A stretch of 56,911 nucleotides of DNA from Nemertoderma westbladi. Its lineage: Eukaryota; Animalia; Xenacoelomorpha. Location of the stretch: assembly GCA_032718475.1 (NCBI GenBank), contig JAUCBJ010002337.1, forward strand, positions 1-56,911, given 5' to 3'. A program made the position numbers and the translations under genes. Below the pieces are notes generated by a model. That model was not told the DNA's origin. It did not search any database and saw only the letters and a program-made list of their open reading frames with translations. Below are positions 1 to 12,266 of this stretch, one piece after another. Positions within the stretch are counted from its first letter, which is position 1; each line of letters starts with the position of its first letter.

Positions 1-484
1 ACATCCGCAAAAGTGATAAAAACTATATTCTCCAAAACTACCGCACTACCGGTACGAATTTTACCTAATCTCGAAAGCTTTAATCCGATCTCAAATCCTG
101 TCTTATTTCAAATTATTTAATTCGTCCATTTTAAGTTGCTTCCACGAATGCCGATTATTTAAATTGTAATATTTTAACATGACCAACCTTTTAAAATTTC
201 TTTATGTAGTAGTGACACTCACCCTCATTTGAATCTTATCATATTTATTATAACAGTAAATTGACAAGATTAGTTCCATAGTTACTATTTGAATCAATCG
301 ATTAGAGAACCCCCCCCCCCCCCCCCCCCCTGCCCCTACAGTATTTATCTCCCCGGTAGTTAGCGTTTCTAGCCTTGCTATTACCTGTCCAAAGTCCAAC
401 CCAGGGCTCCCACCGGTGCTCAACAAAATAAAAACACAGCGAGGTCGAAATAACGCAATGTATAGCCCTGGCCAACCAAACTTA

Positions 485-1112
485 GGCATCGGTACACCTT
501 GTGCACACCCCCCTCAATTTCTTTACTAGCTATGTTTAAGCAGGTTTTTGCCTTTATTAATGTTCTAGAAATTATTAATGTTCTAGAAAATATATTGAAA
601 ATATATATATTTCAAAGAAAATATATTGAATTATTATGATAGCTAGTATATTTTTAACTAGCTAGTGTTTTTGTAAAAATAGGTAAAAACTTTCAGATTT
701 TTTATATGAAATAATGTTCCAGAACGCAATCTACATTGTGGAAAAATTTATTTTTTTCATGGTAGCTAGTATTTTTTTAAATAGTAGCTATTTTGTAAAA
801 ATAGATTAAAATAAATTTTATTATTATCCTCTCTGTTGCAATATATTAACAGTATTCGAGAATACTAGCTACTTTGATCTTAATTTTACTTTTTTGCCAA
901 TTTCTGCAGCATATAAGGCCTATCATCGACTAGGAAATATTAAAAAAGAAATTTTTGAAACACTAGCTAGTCCAAAAGTACTAGCTACCACAGAATGTCA
1001 AATATACTTTTTGTATGTCAATTATGTTCTAGAGCATAATTCAACAAAATATTGTTTTAAAAGATAGCTATTAAAAAAATTGTGGGGGGTGTGCACAAGG
1101 TGTACCGATGCC
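485..1112. mobile_element. Non-autonomous TIR DNA transposon (MITE, 628 bp); GG termini and 8-bp TSD, Merlin- or hAT-like
   Basis: TIR GGCATCGGTACACCTTGTGCACACCCCCC(T/A)CAATTT at 485-520 and inverted at 1077-1112 (1 mismatch). TSD CAAACTTA at 477-484 and 1113-1120. The AT-rich interior has repeated TAGCTAG and TGTTCTAGAA motifs and no ORF. Confidence 0.9.
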
Positions 1113-1420
1113 CAAACTTATTCTTTCACTCCGTGACACTAAACCCTTGATTACATATAAAAATTTAATTGTGGTAATAAGATATTTATATTTGCAAAAA
1201 ATTACCAAGAAAGGCAACATAACGCCGAAACTTACACGCTAATTTAAAATTTACTTTAAAATAAGTTTACTTATTTTACTATATTTTCTTGCGGGGTTTA
1301 CTTTAAAAGTTTTTGAAATTAATTTCCTTTTAAAATTAACTTATTTTTTCATTTAAAATTAAAATTTACAATTTGCAATTTCTGTACAATTCAAGTTCCA
1401 TTTAGCAACGTTAGTCTCTT

Positions 1421-2818
1421 TTAATCATCATTTTTTTTATTCATGTATACAGTGACATTCCCGAATATCTTCGAATCCTTAAACACTGCCCGGATGCTAT
1501 CTGTCTCACTCTCCACACTATTGCTGATGAAAGTCGATGAAACCGATCCTGATTCCGATCCCAAGCTCGTAGATGGTGTAACATCACTAGTTGCCGATGA
1601 TCCCGACATGTAAAGGCTCAACTGACGACTCATTTCAAATTTCTTTGAAGTAGATGGTCGAAGATAGGAAGTCGTTGTGGATAGATTTTTGTGCCCTAGC
1701 TGTTTCTGTGCTAGGTTAACTGGTTGGCCACCATCAACCAATGCTTGGGCTGCCGTTTTACGACAGCTAATAGGGGTAAGCTTCTTTCCTCCTTGTAACC
1801 CAGCTTTCGTTATTAGATTCCTAAACATTTTAGCGAATTGATGCTTTCCTACCGGTTGATCACAAAACCATTTTTCATTTGGCTTTGTGTTATGCTTTGG
1901 GCGTATGAAATATGGCTGCATACCATCTACCTTTCCATCGGGGAAACGTTTCATCATGTAGAAATCATGAAGTGTAACTGCACACAGACTTCGATCCGCT
2001 TTATACTCATAAACACTTGGTGAAAATTCCCTGGGAGCCGAATCGCCGTGTCGCGTCTTTGTACTACGTTCCTTTAGTTTTAGGTAGTATACACCTTCTT
2101 CAGTGTTATAGTGCTTTGTTATATCGCCTACAAGTATTTTTCGCATCTCCTCGCCTGGACGAGCTCCAAACTGGGTTGTAAGTACGATATACAACGTTTC
2201 GAGTAGCATTTTTGGATTCTCCATACCAAGAAGCCCCTTTTCCCTCATAGCCTTGAAATCGCCTTCCTCCATCGGGTTACTGGCTCTTTCAAGATTTCCC
2301 TTACCAGCACTTTTCGTTTCCGCTAATCTAGTTTTTAGGATGTCTCTACTAAGACGAAACTCAGGAAGTTCTAGCGCATTTCCTAACCCTAGATCTTTCA
2401 ATTTGCGAAGGACTCCATAAAAATAGCTGCGCAAAGTCGTCGTTTCAACTTTTTCTCCCGTTTTTTTCTTATACTTACGGATAAATCCGTTGAAATGTTT
2501 TGCTAATTCCCCTCTTTTTGATTCCTCGCTCAGTTCTTCGATTGTTTCGCTGACATTGTTTATGTCGAGATATTTTCGAAATGCTGCGACAGCAACAGTG
2601 GTAGAATCAGCGGTATGGACGTTTCTGTTCGTTAATATGTACTCGTCATCAGTTTTGTCGTTTTGCGATAATCGAAGAGATGACTCATCCCTGAATCGTT
2701 TAGCTGGTGGTATAGGTTCATCATTTCCCAATGTGGAATCCACAGAAATTAAATGATCATTATTGGCGTAGAAGAGATTTTCTAAACACACCAGATCAGC
2801 TAAATCTAAGTCATCCAT
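1421..2818 (-). CDS. Tyrosine recombinase of Crypton/DUF3504 type (about 465 aa from first ATG)
   Basis: Uninterrupted ORF with YR motifs in order: FGARPGEE (R), STKTRHG (K), WFxxQPVG (typical of Crypton/DUF3504), LTPISCRKT (H-x-x-R box, H replaced by I), QLGHKN (H), SYLRP (Y). The track start at 2857 is TTG; the first ATG is at 2818. Confidence 0.85.
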   Translation of the reverse strand: MDDLDLADLVCLENLFYANNDHLISVDSTLGNDEPIPPAKRFRDESSLRLSQNDKTDDEYILTNRNVHTADSTTVAVAAFRKYLDINNVSETIEELSEESKRGELAKHFNGFIRKYKKKTGEKVETTTLRSYFYGVLRKLKDLGLGNALELPEFRLSRDILKTRLAETKSAGKGNLERASNPMEEGDFKAMREKGLLGMENPKMLLETLYIVLTTQFGARPGEEMRKILVGDITKHYNTEEGVYYLKLKERSTKTRHGDSAPREFSPSVYEYKADRSLCAVTLHDFYMMKRFPDGKVDGMQPYFIRPKHNTKPNEKWFCDQPVGKHQFAKMFRNLITKAGLQGGKKLTPISCRKTAAQALVDGGQPVNLAQKQLGHKNLSTTTSYLRPSTSKKFEMSRQLSLYMSGSSATSDVTPSTSLGSESGSVSSTFISNSVESETDSIRAVFKDSKIFGNVTVYMNKKNDD

Positions 2819-2879
2819 GTCTAATCGGTTATACTGCAGTACTGGTTTGCAATACAATAGACCACAGCTAAAATATTTA

Positions 2880-3195
2880 GGTAAACAGAATGTGAAATCT
2901 ATGTACCGTTACTCGCACCTACTAATTTAAATGTAACCTACCATTTTTTGCTCTCGTCAAACCTCAAACAGAAAGTAAAATCCTAAATAAGTACAGAAAT
3001 GTACCGTGGTAGGCTACCGGGAAGATGCCTACCGTGTTACGCTGCACAAACTAAACTCGTCAAAGAGAAAGTGAAATCAAAATGCAGAAGCTACCGGTAG
3101 GTACCGGACGGCCAGTATGTTCTCTAAACTCAAATCGTCAAACAGAAAGTAAACACCCAAAATAAAAAGCAGAATGTACCGTTGTAGCGCCTACA
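2880..3195. repeat. About four degenerate 80-110 bp repeats upstream of the recombinase
   Basis: Recurring (TCGTC)AAACAGAAAGTAAA...AATGTACCGT near 2883, 2954, 3057 and 3135. Confidence 0.55.
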
Positions 3196-3271
3196 GGTTG
3201 CAGTTTCCAATCAGTCAGTTTGCAACCAGTAGTGTAGGTTATCAATTAATTCACTTCGGCCTACACCCCTT

Positions 3272-3332
3272 GGAAAATTAACTATTTAAAATCCTCGGCC
3301 TTTGGCCTCGGATTTTAAACAGTTAATTTTCC
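3272..3332. repeat. 61-bp imperfect palindrome, probable Crypton subterminal hairpin
   Basis: GGAAAATTAACTaTTTAAAATCCtcGGCC-TTT-GGCCtcGGATTTTAAAcAGTTAATTTTCC. TTCGGCCT also occurs on both sides (about 3255 and 3339). Confidence 0.75.
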
Positions 3333-4195
3333 GCGGGATTCGGCCTCAGCAACACCAGTTGGTTTGCGGAAAAATAACAAAACAAAATAGCGGACAAAAA
3401 TAACAACCCTACAGACCAACATTAGTTCGGTGTTATTTTTTCCGGGATTTGTTGTGTAACAACTTCTGATATTCGACTAATCGAATTGATGTGTCAATAA
3501 ACAAAAACCATCCTGTAATAAACTATATTCATATTTAAGCTCATAACTAGTATTTCAGCAGTGTTAAAAAATAAAATATAGTATATTATATTATTATATT
3601 ATAAACTTGCCCGAAATTCGTCTCTATGCTAAACCTGAATAGCCAGTTTTGTAATAATTTTTTGTTATCACGATTTTGTAAAACTTTCTTAACAAATTTG
3701 CAGGGGTGACGAAGTTTGTTTGCCCGAGTTTTACAAACTAGTTTAGAATTATAATATAACTGTTTAAAATGAACCCTTGGTTCATTGGTTGTCATAGGGA
3801 AATAATAGGCCCAATAATTAATAATACATTTGGCTAAAGAAATCATCAGCCGATTAAATGCGTTACGAGTTTTGAGAAATCGTCCGGCTAGCGAACGCGT
3901 TTCTAAAAGTCGGTATAACAAAATTGAAAATCGAGATCACGAGAGACTGGTAATCCCGGTTCCAATCCCAGGAATCCCCCCAAAGGCGGGAATCCCGCAC
4001 ATTAACCTGGAATCAACCACTCAAAAAAATATTTAGCAAACATTGATATTTTGTACAGTTTTATTTAACGGTATAAAAAGTGTTATTATTATTAAGAATT
4101 ATTAACTCTAATATTATAATTAAATTATATAATTAAAAAACTATAATTAACTCATAAAATAATAATAATCCCTTAACCTGAAATGAATCAAATAA

Positions 4196-4991
4196 CTAAG
4201 AGGTTGGTGTTGGCAAGTACCAAGTGTTACAATGGAAGGCGTCGGAATCGTCTACGACCGGCGAAAAAGTACCGCGAGAAGTCCCGGATAGAAGCGACTT
4301 CTTGTAAGTTTCGACGATAAATCGATTGGAAGGCCTCGTGTCGGAGCGGGAGAGATACTCCTCGATACCGAACCAACGGCAAGCGGCGATCTCGTTGGGG
4401 GGGGAAATCGATAGGTTGATCCTCCGGGTCTGGTTCCAGGAGACAAAGGAAATACAAGTCGGAAGTCTGGAAACGTAGCGGGAAAAGATGACGGAACATC
4501 AGCAGACTGAGGAACCGGCAGGAGATGCCGGTTTCCTCGCGGACTTCCCGGATCGCCGCGACGCGAATCTCCTCGCCTTCATCGGCAGCTCCTCCAGGGA
4601 ACTTCCATAAAGGTTCAGGATTAACCGAGTATTTCTCCTGGATTGAGAGTATCTTATTGTCCGATTGTCGGACAACCAGCCCGGCGACTCTCACTGTGGC
4701 TGTAGCGAACGCAGGAACGGACCAGGGTTCGCCCGTGGCGAGGAATCTTACCATTTGGACGAACCCCGACCTCGCGTGATGGAAGTCGAATTCCCTCTCC
4801 AGTAGCTGCGGTAACAAGTCGACGCTACCGCTCGGTACTACAACCCACACCCCTCGGACACCTTCCCGAGTCCACGCGTCCAGCGAGCGACTCAACTTCC
4901 CGCCGAATTCGACTCTATCCGATTCGGATAATTTGCCACAATCGAGTTTAACATATCGGAACGCGTCTTGTTCTAAAACGAAAGTCGACAT
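4196..4991 (-). CDS. NUDT6: Nudix hydrolase, NUDT6-like (pre-Nudix + Nudix domain), intronless; apparent 1-nt frameshift in a homopolymer
   Basis: Motifs SLDAWTREGVRGVW, FDFHHA, Nudix box GGAADEGEEIRVAAIREVREETGI, and SDLYF. Removing one G from G8 at 4397-4404 gives ...FPPNEIAACRWFGIEEY...PTS* (TAG 4196-4198), 264 aa. Confidence 0.8.
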
Positions 4992-5079
4992 GTTACTATG
5001 AATTAAACGAAATCGAATGATTAAATTCGCTCTGTAAATATTGAATATCATAAAATCAAAGCGCTAAAACAGCCCAACC

Positions 5080-5841
5080 TTAGAGAGAAAACCCACAGAA
5101 TGAAGAGCGGTTAAAGTTACGTAAAATCAACTTGGTATTCCTGCCACGGTTGAGTGTTTCTAACCAACTAAGAATGTTGTGTTTCAATCGAGAATCCAGA
5201 CATTCAGGAACACTAAATGAATAGACAGGATTCAATGATAAACGGACTGAACTTTCATCGAATATATTGTAAACGGATAATCGTTCTTCTACTTGAGAAA
5301 TATTCTCGGAATCGCAATAGTAAAGAGCGGGGTAGTTGAGAAGTAATCCGAAAACCGTGGGGATAGGCAGCTCGGATAAATCTGGGCAAATAATTTCCGG
5401 CGAGGTATCTGTGTTATTGCTCTGTCGCAGTAAAGTAATAACGTTGAATATAAAGTTGTTCAGTGATTTGGATAATCTAGCGTTGTTGTTTAAGTTGATA
5501 AGGCATGGGGTTTGAGTTCCTATGTTAATGATATTAGGCCAACCGCCATCCAACATTCGAGAATAAAGGACAACCGAATAAGCTAAGTTAAAAACGAAAT
5601 AATCCCGGGATACTTTGCAGCACACCAAATTGTTTTCTATTAAATTAAACTCGCGCGCCAAATTTATAAGTTTTTGTAAACTGCTAATATGCGGAATTTC
5701 CAGACAATCGACCAAGTAGGATGGTTTTAAGGCATTGTCAACGTATCTTATATTATTGGCTAAGCATCTCCAAGTTCGGGTGGAATTCTTTCGGTTTTTT
5801 AAAATAAAGGCCTGCTTAATGATTGTGTACCATAAGTCCAT
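5080..5841 (-). CDS. UPF0739 / C1orf74-like protein (DUF4504), intronless
   Basis: 253-aa ORF with LKPSYLVD, PTVFGLLLNYPALY and YSFSVP, motifs I recognise from the C1orf74 family. Confidence 0.7.
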   Translation of the reverse strand: MDLWYTIIKQAFILKNRKNSTRTWRCLANNIRYVDNALKPSYLVDCLEIPHISSLQKLINLAREFNLIENNLVCCKVSRDYFVFNLAYSVVLYSRMLDGGWPNIINIGTQTPCLINLNNNARLSKSLNNFIFNVITLLRQSNNTDTSPEIICPDLSELPIPTVFGLLLNYPALYYCDSENISQVEERLSVYNIFDESSVRLSLNPVYSFSVPECLDSRLKHNILSWLETLNRGRNTKLILRNFNRSSFCGFSL

Positions 5842-8049
5842 ATGAAATAAGTTGAAATACCACCAAAAATTAATTATCGAAATGCAAATAAAACTGCGAA
5901 CTGTCTGACTGCAGCAATGTAAAATAATTTGAAAGAATACAGTTCAGTTCAGCATTTATTTCAGTAGTTAGATAGGCCTACTGTAGTAGGCTATAGAGGT
6001 AGTTTTAGAGATAGGTTGAACTTGCAACACAAACAAAATTCATCCCCCTGCCCTGCAGCCCTGCTGAGGGCGTGTTTGTCAGTTTAAGGTAGAGCTGTAA
6101 AGGGGTTAATGTAAGCGGATTCAATTCCACTTCATTGCCCACCAGAAAATGGGACTAGTGGCATTTTAGCAATATGTTGGGGATACGAGATTACCAATAT
6201 TAATCTCGCCTCATAACCAACATTGGGGGGGGGGGGGGGGGGGCGACACAAGCCCCAAAGCCACAGAGAAAGGTGAGAGGTCAAACCACCTCGGAAGGGA
6301 TACAGCTAGTAGAGGCTAGCAGCGGAGGGGAAACACTACCAGGGAGTGCCAAAGTGACAAGTAGTATAATAGCCAATAGTGGGGAGGGAAGCACGTGATG
6401 GGGAACAGGAAAGCATCCATAGGGTAGAGGGCCAAAGGTAGAGTAGGAGGTAAACCAATATTCAATGTATTAATCATATATTATCTTACATTACTGGTTT
6501 ACCGGTCAGTTGTGTTATTCAGTTCAGTGAGTGCAGACCGGTCATAGTTAATGACCGCCACCGCCATACCGGTAACAATTAATCTGTATTTTCTGCTTTT
6601 ATCTAACTACGTGCTATTATCGTCCATATTAATTAATATTGAAAGACAACATGAAGTTTTACTGTTTTCCCGAACGGCCTCCGCCAAAGCTAGTTGCACG
6701 ATCCCAGCAGAACGGTGACGCGTACATTTCTAACCCGGTGTTAATAAGTCAAATAGGCCTGCTAATATTTTTTTTACCCAATTCATTCTCATACAGCAGG
6801 GACGTCAGACGTCACCATGGGGGGAATTCCACCTCCACTTTTCAATTTTGAAGGTTTTGCTATTTTGCGAAAAAAAAGCTATAAAATAGGTGGGGGGGGG
6901 GGGGGGGGGGGGGTAGTAACACACACATTATTCATTTATAATAGCCCAGCTTAATTCATTTCTACCGGTAATCGACTTTAAGAATATTATTAATAAAATG
7001 GTTAGGAATTATATGGGCCTGCGGTTATATTCAGTAGGCCTACCCGTTAGGCCTACTTTATATCTATGAACATGAAGGTAGGCCGTAGTGATGTAGCAAG
7101 ATGTACCGTAGTCTTAGGCCTTCGAACTACATACTTTCAGTTTACTGATAAAAGTAATAAAATCGTTTATTTGTGGTCCGAGTACAGTAGCAGGCTGGTT
7201 AGGCTTAGACTACCCGTAGAGTGTCAAAGAAGGATTGCTTGTATTTTATACACCATTTTATTGCCACATTTAATGTTTTATATAGGCCTACCCTACCCTA
7301 CCCTACCACCCTAAAGTGAATTATGGTTTGATACTGTATTATTATTACTGTTGTTTTGAATAAGTAGTTTTAGTAAGTAAATAATTTTTTATTGCAATTT
7401 TTCCCCCTCACTCTTGAACGGCTTGTGACGTGCAGACATGGTACGCTTTGCATACAATACTACCGTAAATGGTCCTTTTAGGCTGCCCTGGCAAAAACTA
7501 TCATTAAATTAATACATTTCACTGCACCGGTACCAGATGTGCCTACACGCTACACAGTTGGCATATACACTGTATTATGTATAGGCCTGCAGTAGTTTTT
7601 GTAGTACAGTTTATAGTATTATTAGTAATGTGTACTAGCTATACAACAAATATTATTAATAGACTCAAGCCAAAGTTGAAGTTGGTACCATAAAATTTAT
7701 AGATAATAAAACAAAATACGATTGATACTAAAAATAAATATTAAAATATATATTAAATTAATTTAGAGTCAAAGATAGCCACGTCGTGATATTACTATGA
7801 TTTGGCCCTTTGATGTACTGTATATACTGTATTTACTGTTTGCTGACATCGAATCAGATGATAGAGGTCAGCTTCATTGCCACATAACAGCAGCATAACA
7901 GGGACAATAATTTGTTCATGTTAGATACCGCATGGGTGTCTGGTTATCAGAAATCTGCAAACTGTCTCGTTGATACTGTACCTTTTGTAAAGGTTAATGA
8001 CTGTTGAAATAAAATCCCAAAATATTTATATGAGGTGACAATAATTACA

Positions 8050-8700
8050 GTCCTTGAAATGTGAACTCATCACTGTTGCACAGGCGACCGACCTCCTCTT
8101 CAGAATTTAACCATTTGTATTTTCGTTAGATTTACTTGAATATGATTTATTTTACACCATTCAGCAGAGCGTTGAGCGCCTCCTGGATTACTTATCTGCT
8201 TTTTGAGTACATGAAGAGATCATCCGCGAATAATATAAAAGTTAATTCACCAATATGTCAGACTGCACTGGTATTAAAGTCTACGATGTCAATAATTAAT
8301 ATTATGAAAGGAATTGACTGAGGCTATACCACCCTTGAGGACGCCTTTGAGCTGTTCGATTGTCCTGTTGTTTCTGAGTCCGTCTAATATCCGAATGTAG
8401 TTTACACTTATAGTGATCTTTATGATTCTGAGGAAGTTGCCATGGATACCGAATGTATATAACTAACTTATGTAGTCTAGATCGAGGTACCGAGTCGAAG
8501 GCCTTTTTGAGGGCAAATCAGGGACCCTTTCCCTTTATACAGTACTTCATTGCATATTTTATCTTCCAGAGATGCTTAGAGTATGAATGTTTCTTTGCAG
8601 ATATTGTAGGTTTAAACTCATTTTGTACAGCAGCTGTCTGTGAATGAGGAAATTCTTCTGTAGCTCAGTATCACTGAACTCAGTATGTTTGACAGATTCA
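8050..8700 (-). pseudogene. Decayed non-LTR retrotransposon reverse transcriptase fragment
   Basis: The minus strand gives LKKAFDSVPRSRL (about 8475-8512), GVLKGG (about 8330-8347) and ILFADDL (about 8216-8236), with stops and frameshifts. Confidence 0.7.
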
Positions 8701-11105
8701 AAGAATAAAATTAGAATCCCCATTCTCGTGAGTTCGGAGCCTGTAGTCAAGTTTTGAGGCCTTTATGGCTATGAAATTAAATCGATACTCACTTCCTCGG
8801 GTTTCAGATAATACAAGAAGTTTTATAGTAATTATTGCCAATAATTTCATATTAAAAACCTACAGTATATTATTCATACCGCTGTCGACGGAGCCAATAT
8901 TCAGTTGAAGTATAAACTCATTCGGAATACTGCCTATAAACAGTTTCCTTCGGAAAGTCTAATCACAACTTATCATTTGTGCACGTGCTCTGCTACCCTC
9001 AGGTCTTGTAGCTACAGTCAAAAACCAACCAGACGGCATATAAGCAGTGATAATTAACTGTAATTATTCACCCATTACAACTACAAGATGGTTTATTAAG
9101 CTAAATAAATAACCATCCAACCAGAAGGTTTTACCGTTCTAAAAAAGTATAAAAGGTGTCGGGAGGTAAAATAGTTTAAGTTCATTTATTTTCGCTCTTG
9201 CGACTGCCCGCAATGTTTCCCCCAATGCAGTAACAAAGTCGACGTGTGTTTTCAGCGCCAAAGTTTCCAAGAAAGCGAGAAAGACTAAAACTAGTATTTT
9301 TCGGTCTTTTCACAAAGACTATTTTATGGTCTTTATTAGATATTGCGGTATTATTTTATTGTTTCAAACTCGGTCCTTATTTATATTATTTTCGCAAATG
9401 TTCAAAGTAGTATCTATTTTCATAAACGATACTAAAAGATTTGTCTGTACCTTCACAGCAACCAAAGAACCTTTTACTCGGTTTCTATATCTATTTTCAT
9501 TCCCGTAAATGAAACTACAGTAGCCCGATATTTTTTCTTATTAACCCTTACAAGCCCAAGGCTTTTCTACTCCTGAAACGCCCAGGGAGGATTCCACCCC
9601 CCCCCCCCCCCCCCCCCCTACCTATCTCGGCTATTTGTGAATGGATTTTTTTTTTAATTTGGTGGAAAACTACACCCACTACTAACTCAAAACCAAAAAA
9701 AAAAATATTAAAAAATGGATCTGAAAAAAATTCCTGAAAAATTTTTCGGATTGACACTAAATTAGCACAATTCGTAGTGCTAAAAAATTTCTTTGCATAT
9801 TTTTTTAAAATTTTTCGAAAAATCTAAGTATTTACATGCAAATACACTTTTGTATACAATACAAACAAATAAACATAACCATATCTAAATAATTTCTATA
9901 ACTACAAATATAAAACATACCTTTGACATCCAATGAATTACTGTAAAGTATCCCAGTTGGACTAACACTACAGACATTATAGATCTTAGACCTGTCATTA
10001 ATAATTAATAATTATTTCCGCTATATCTCTCAAGCGTGATGTATTACTACTAAACCGTATGACGGATGTACAATTAATTTGGTGCCCGATGATTATACTA
10101 ATATTTTAAGCAACAATAACTAATTCATAAAATCCTATTCGTAATGCCAAGATCAACCATAAGGATGTGCTGTGCCTACACTGTACATATGATAATGATT
10201 AGCTTGGATGATTACGCTAAACCAGACAATACGTGAGATAGCGTGACAAAATCGTGCAATATAGTGCAATGATAACCATGAAATTATCCCATTCTCAAGA
10301 CACATCCTAACATTGTCGACTTCGCGAACCATACCAAAATGACAGGTAATCTTACTAAATAAACTTATATTTTTTTCTCGCTGCATTTCGAGCATATAAT
10401 TGTATTAACCGTTTCATGCGTTCGAACTAATCAATAAGGTTCAATGACTACGGTTTATATACCTACCTATAGACCACACTATCAATCTTACTTTTTGTTA
10501 ACAAGTGATTGAATAATATTTTAAAGATTGATTTAAGCTTGTATTTTATTAATGCCTAATAATTAATTTTTTTAGTTCATTTATCTGACTGTGAAGTGTA
10601 ATACAGTATATCTTGTGGTATACTATATCAATTAAAACGATTTTAGTTTTTTTTTCGACATAGCGATATTAAAATAACGGTAGGCCTACAGTAGTATATA
10701 GAAATTGTTTATGCACCAATTATTTATGTTACGTAAATTACCATTTTAATTAATTCATTATTGGCTTAATATATTCATGTGCTGTATTTATGTAGTAGTA
10801 ATTATGTAGACCCCTAGCTATTTACTGTATGTAACAGTAGGCCCATGTAGTAATTATGTAGGCCCCTAGCTATTTACTCCACGTAGTGTATATGTAAGAG
10901 TCGTTTTACGACTGAACGTCGAGAGGAGTCTAATATAACTCTTCCGTACCGGTAGAGTTAATAATTATAAATTCTTCTTTTAAAATTGATATATAAATTT
11001 TTAACAACTTTATGAATTCTTAGACAAATTCCACAATTTGTTTGTACTGACAAAACCTAAATAAACTTTACTGTAGAGGCCGGCAATGAAAAAAATAAAC
11101 CAGAA

Positions 11106-11400
11106 ATGGCAGCTAAAGCTAAACAACCAGGATCTGCGACCAAATCGTCCAGCTCTAATAAAATAAATTCAACAACAATTGCAGGAATTCCTTCGGTAGA
11201 GATCACCTCGACGTCTGGGCTGAAGCAAGCGGTGAAGCGACGGAACACGTTGACGAGCGCGAGACTGAGTAACGATATTGAGACGATGAAGAAGGAACTC
11301 GAGATCAAACACAAAGGGTACGACGCACAGAAAGTCGTACTGAAAGGCGGGATAGATCGGATATCCACAAGGAGCCCTACAACAGATGAGATGCTGAAAG
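11106..11400 (+). CDS. Probable first coding exon of an unidentified host gene
   Basis: ATG at 11106 opens a protein-like, higher-GC frame (MAAKAKQ...DEMLK). It ends at AAG|GTAA (donor at 11401), followed by T-rich intron-like sequence. No downstream exon was recognised. Confidence 0.5.
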
Positions 11401-12098
11401 GTAACCTAATCTCGTACGCCTGTTTTTAATTTTATTATTATTCTTTTTTAATATTTTAGTTGTTTAGGTTGAACACACTGGAAAGTGAAACTTCTTGATT
11501 CCAGTTTATAGTTTTCTGAATAGAGACCAGCCTAGACTTTTCTCAAATTTAAACATAATTAGACTTGATTTAAATTAATGATCATCGTTCTTTTAAACCC
11601 ATGATATGAATGCAGAGTAGATAGGTGTTAAGAACTGACCCATTACATTTTAAGCAAGCTATCCGAGCCCAGCAGGTTCAAAATAAATACTCCCTCTCCC
11701 TCTCCTCCATTAACCCACTAACATACAGGTATTTTAATGACGTCAGTGGGGACACCATGTCTTCCACAGGCACGATTAGTCTTAATGCTCTTATCATCAG
11801 CTTCGACGTCGGCAAAGGAGATGTCAGCAATGGGTAATCGGCGAGTACAGACTCTTAAACAGTATCATTTTTCAAAGTCACCAGGTCATAAATACGGTAG
11901 TTTCGGTAGGCCGCCTTTTCGCTGCCAGGGCTAACTGCATACAGAAAATTCTGTAAATAGCTTTTCTGTGCCGCCTGGCAAAGAAAAGCTACCGACTTCA
12001 ATCTAAGTAAGGAAAAAAGAGACAGGGGGGGAAACTCGACGCAAAACCCGCCATAGCGAATTAATATCCCGCCTCAATGTCAAATTCTCAATATAGGG

Positions 12099-12266
12099 AA
12101 AGGAGCAGGTTACAGTGGCAGGTTATTTTAACCAAAACAATAAACTAAACACAATAGAACAGGTTACAGTTATATTTTTGAGAGAAATCGACTGTTATTT
12201 GCGTCCAATTTCCCCTGGAATGGGATGAATTTTTATTGCGTCCAGTCCCCCCCCCCCCCCCCCCCC
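12099..12266. repeat. Dispersed repeat, copy 1 (ends in poly-C)
   Basis: AAGGAGCAGGTT..GTTATTTTAACCAAAACAATAAACTAAA..TTTCCCCTGGA..GGGATGAATTTT..Cn; homologous to 25313-25491. Confidence 0.7.

Noticed and set aside
402-470. Tiny hAT-like unit CAGGGCT...AGCCCTG
   Set aside because: Only a 7-8 bp inverted match and an imperfect TSD.
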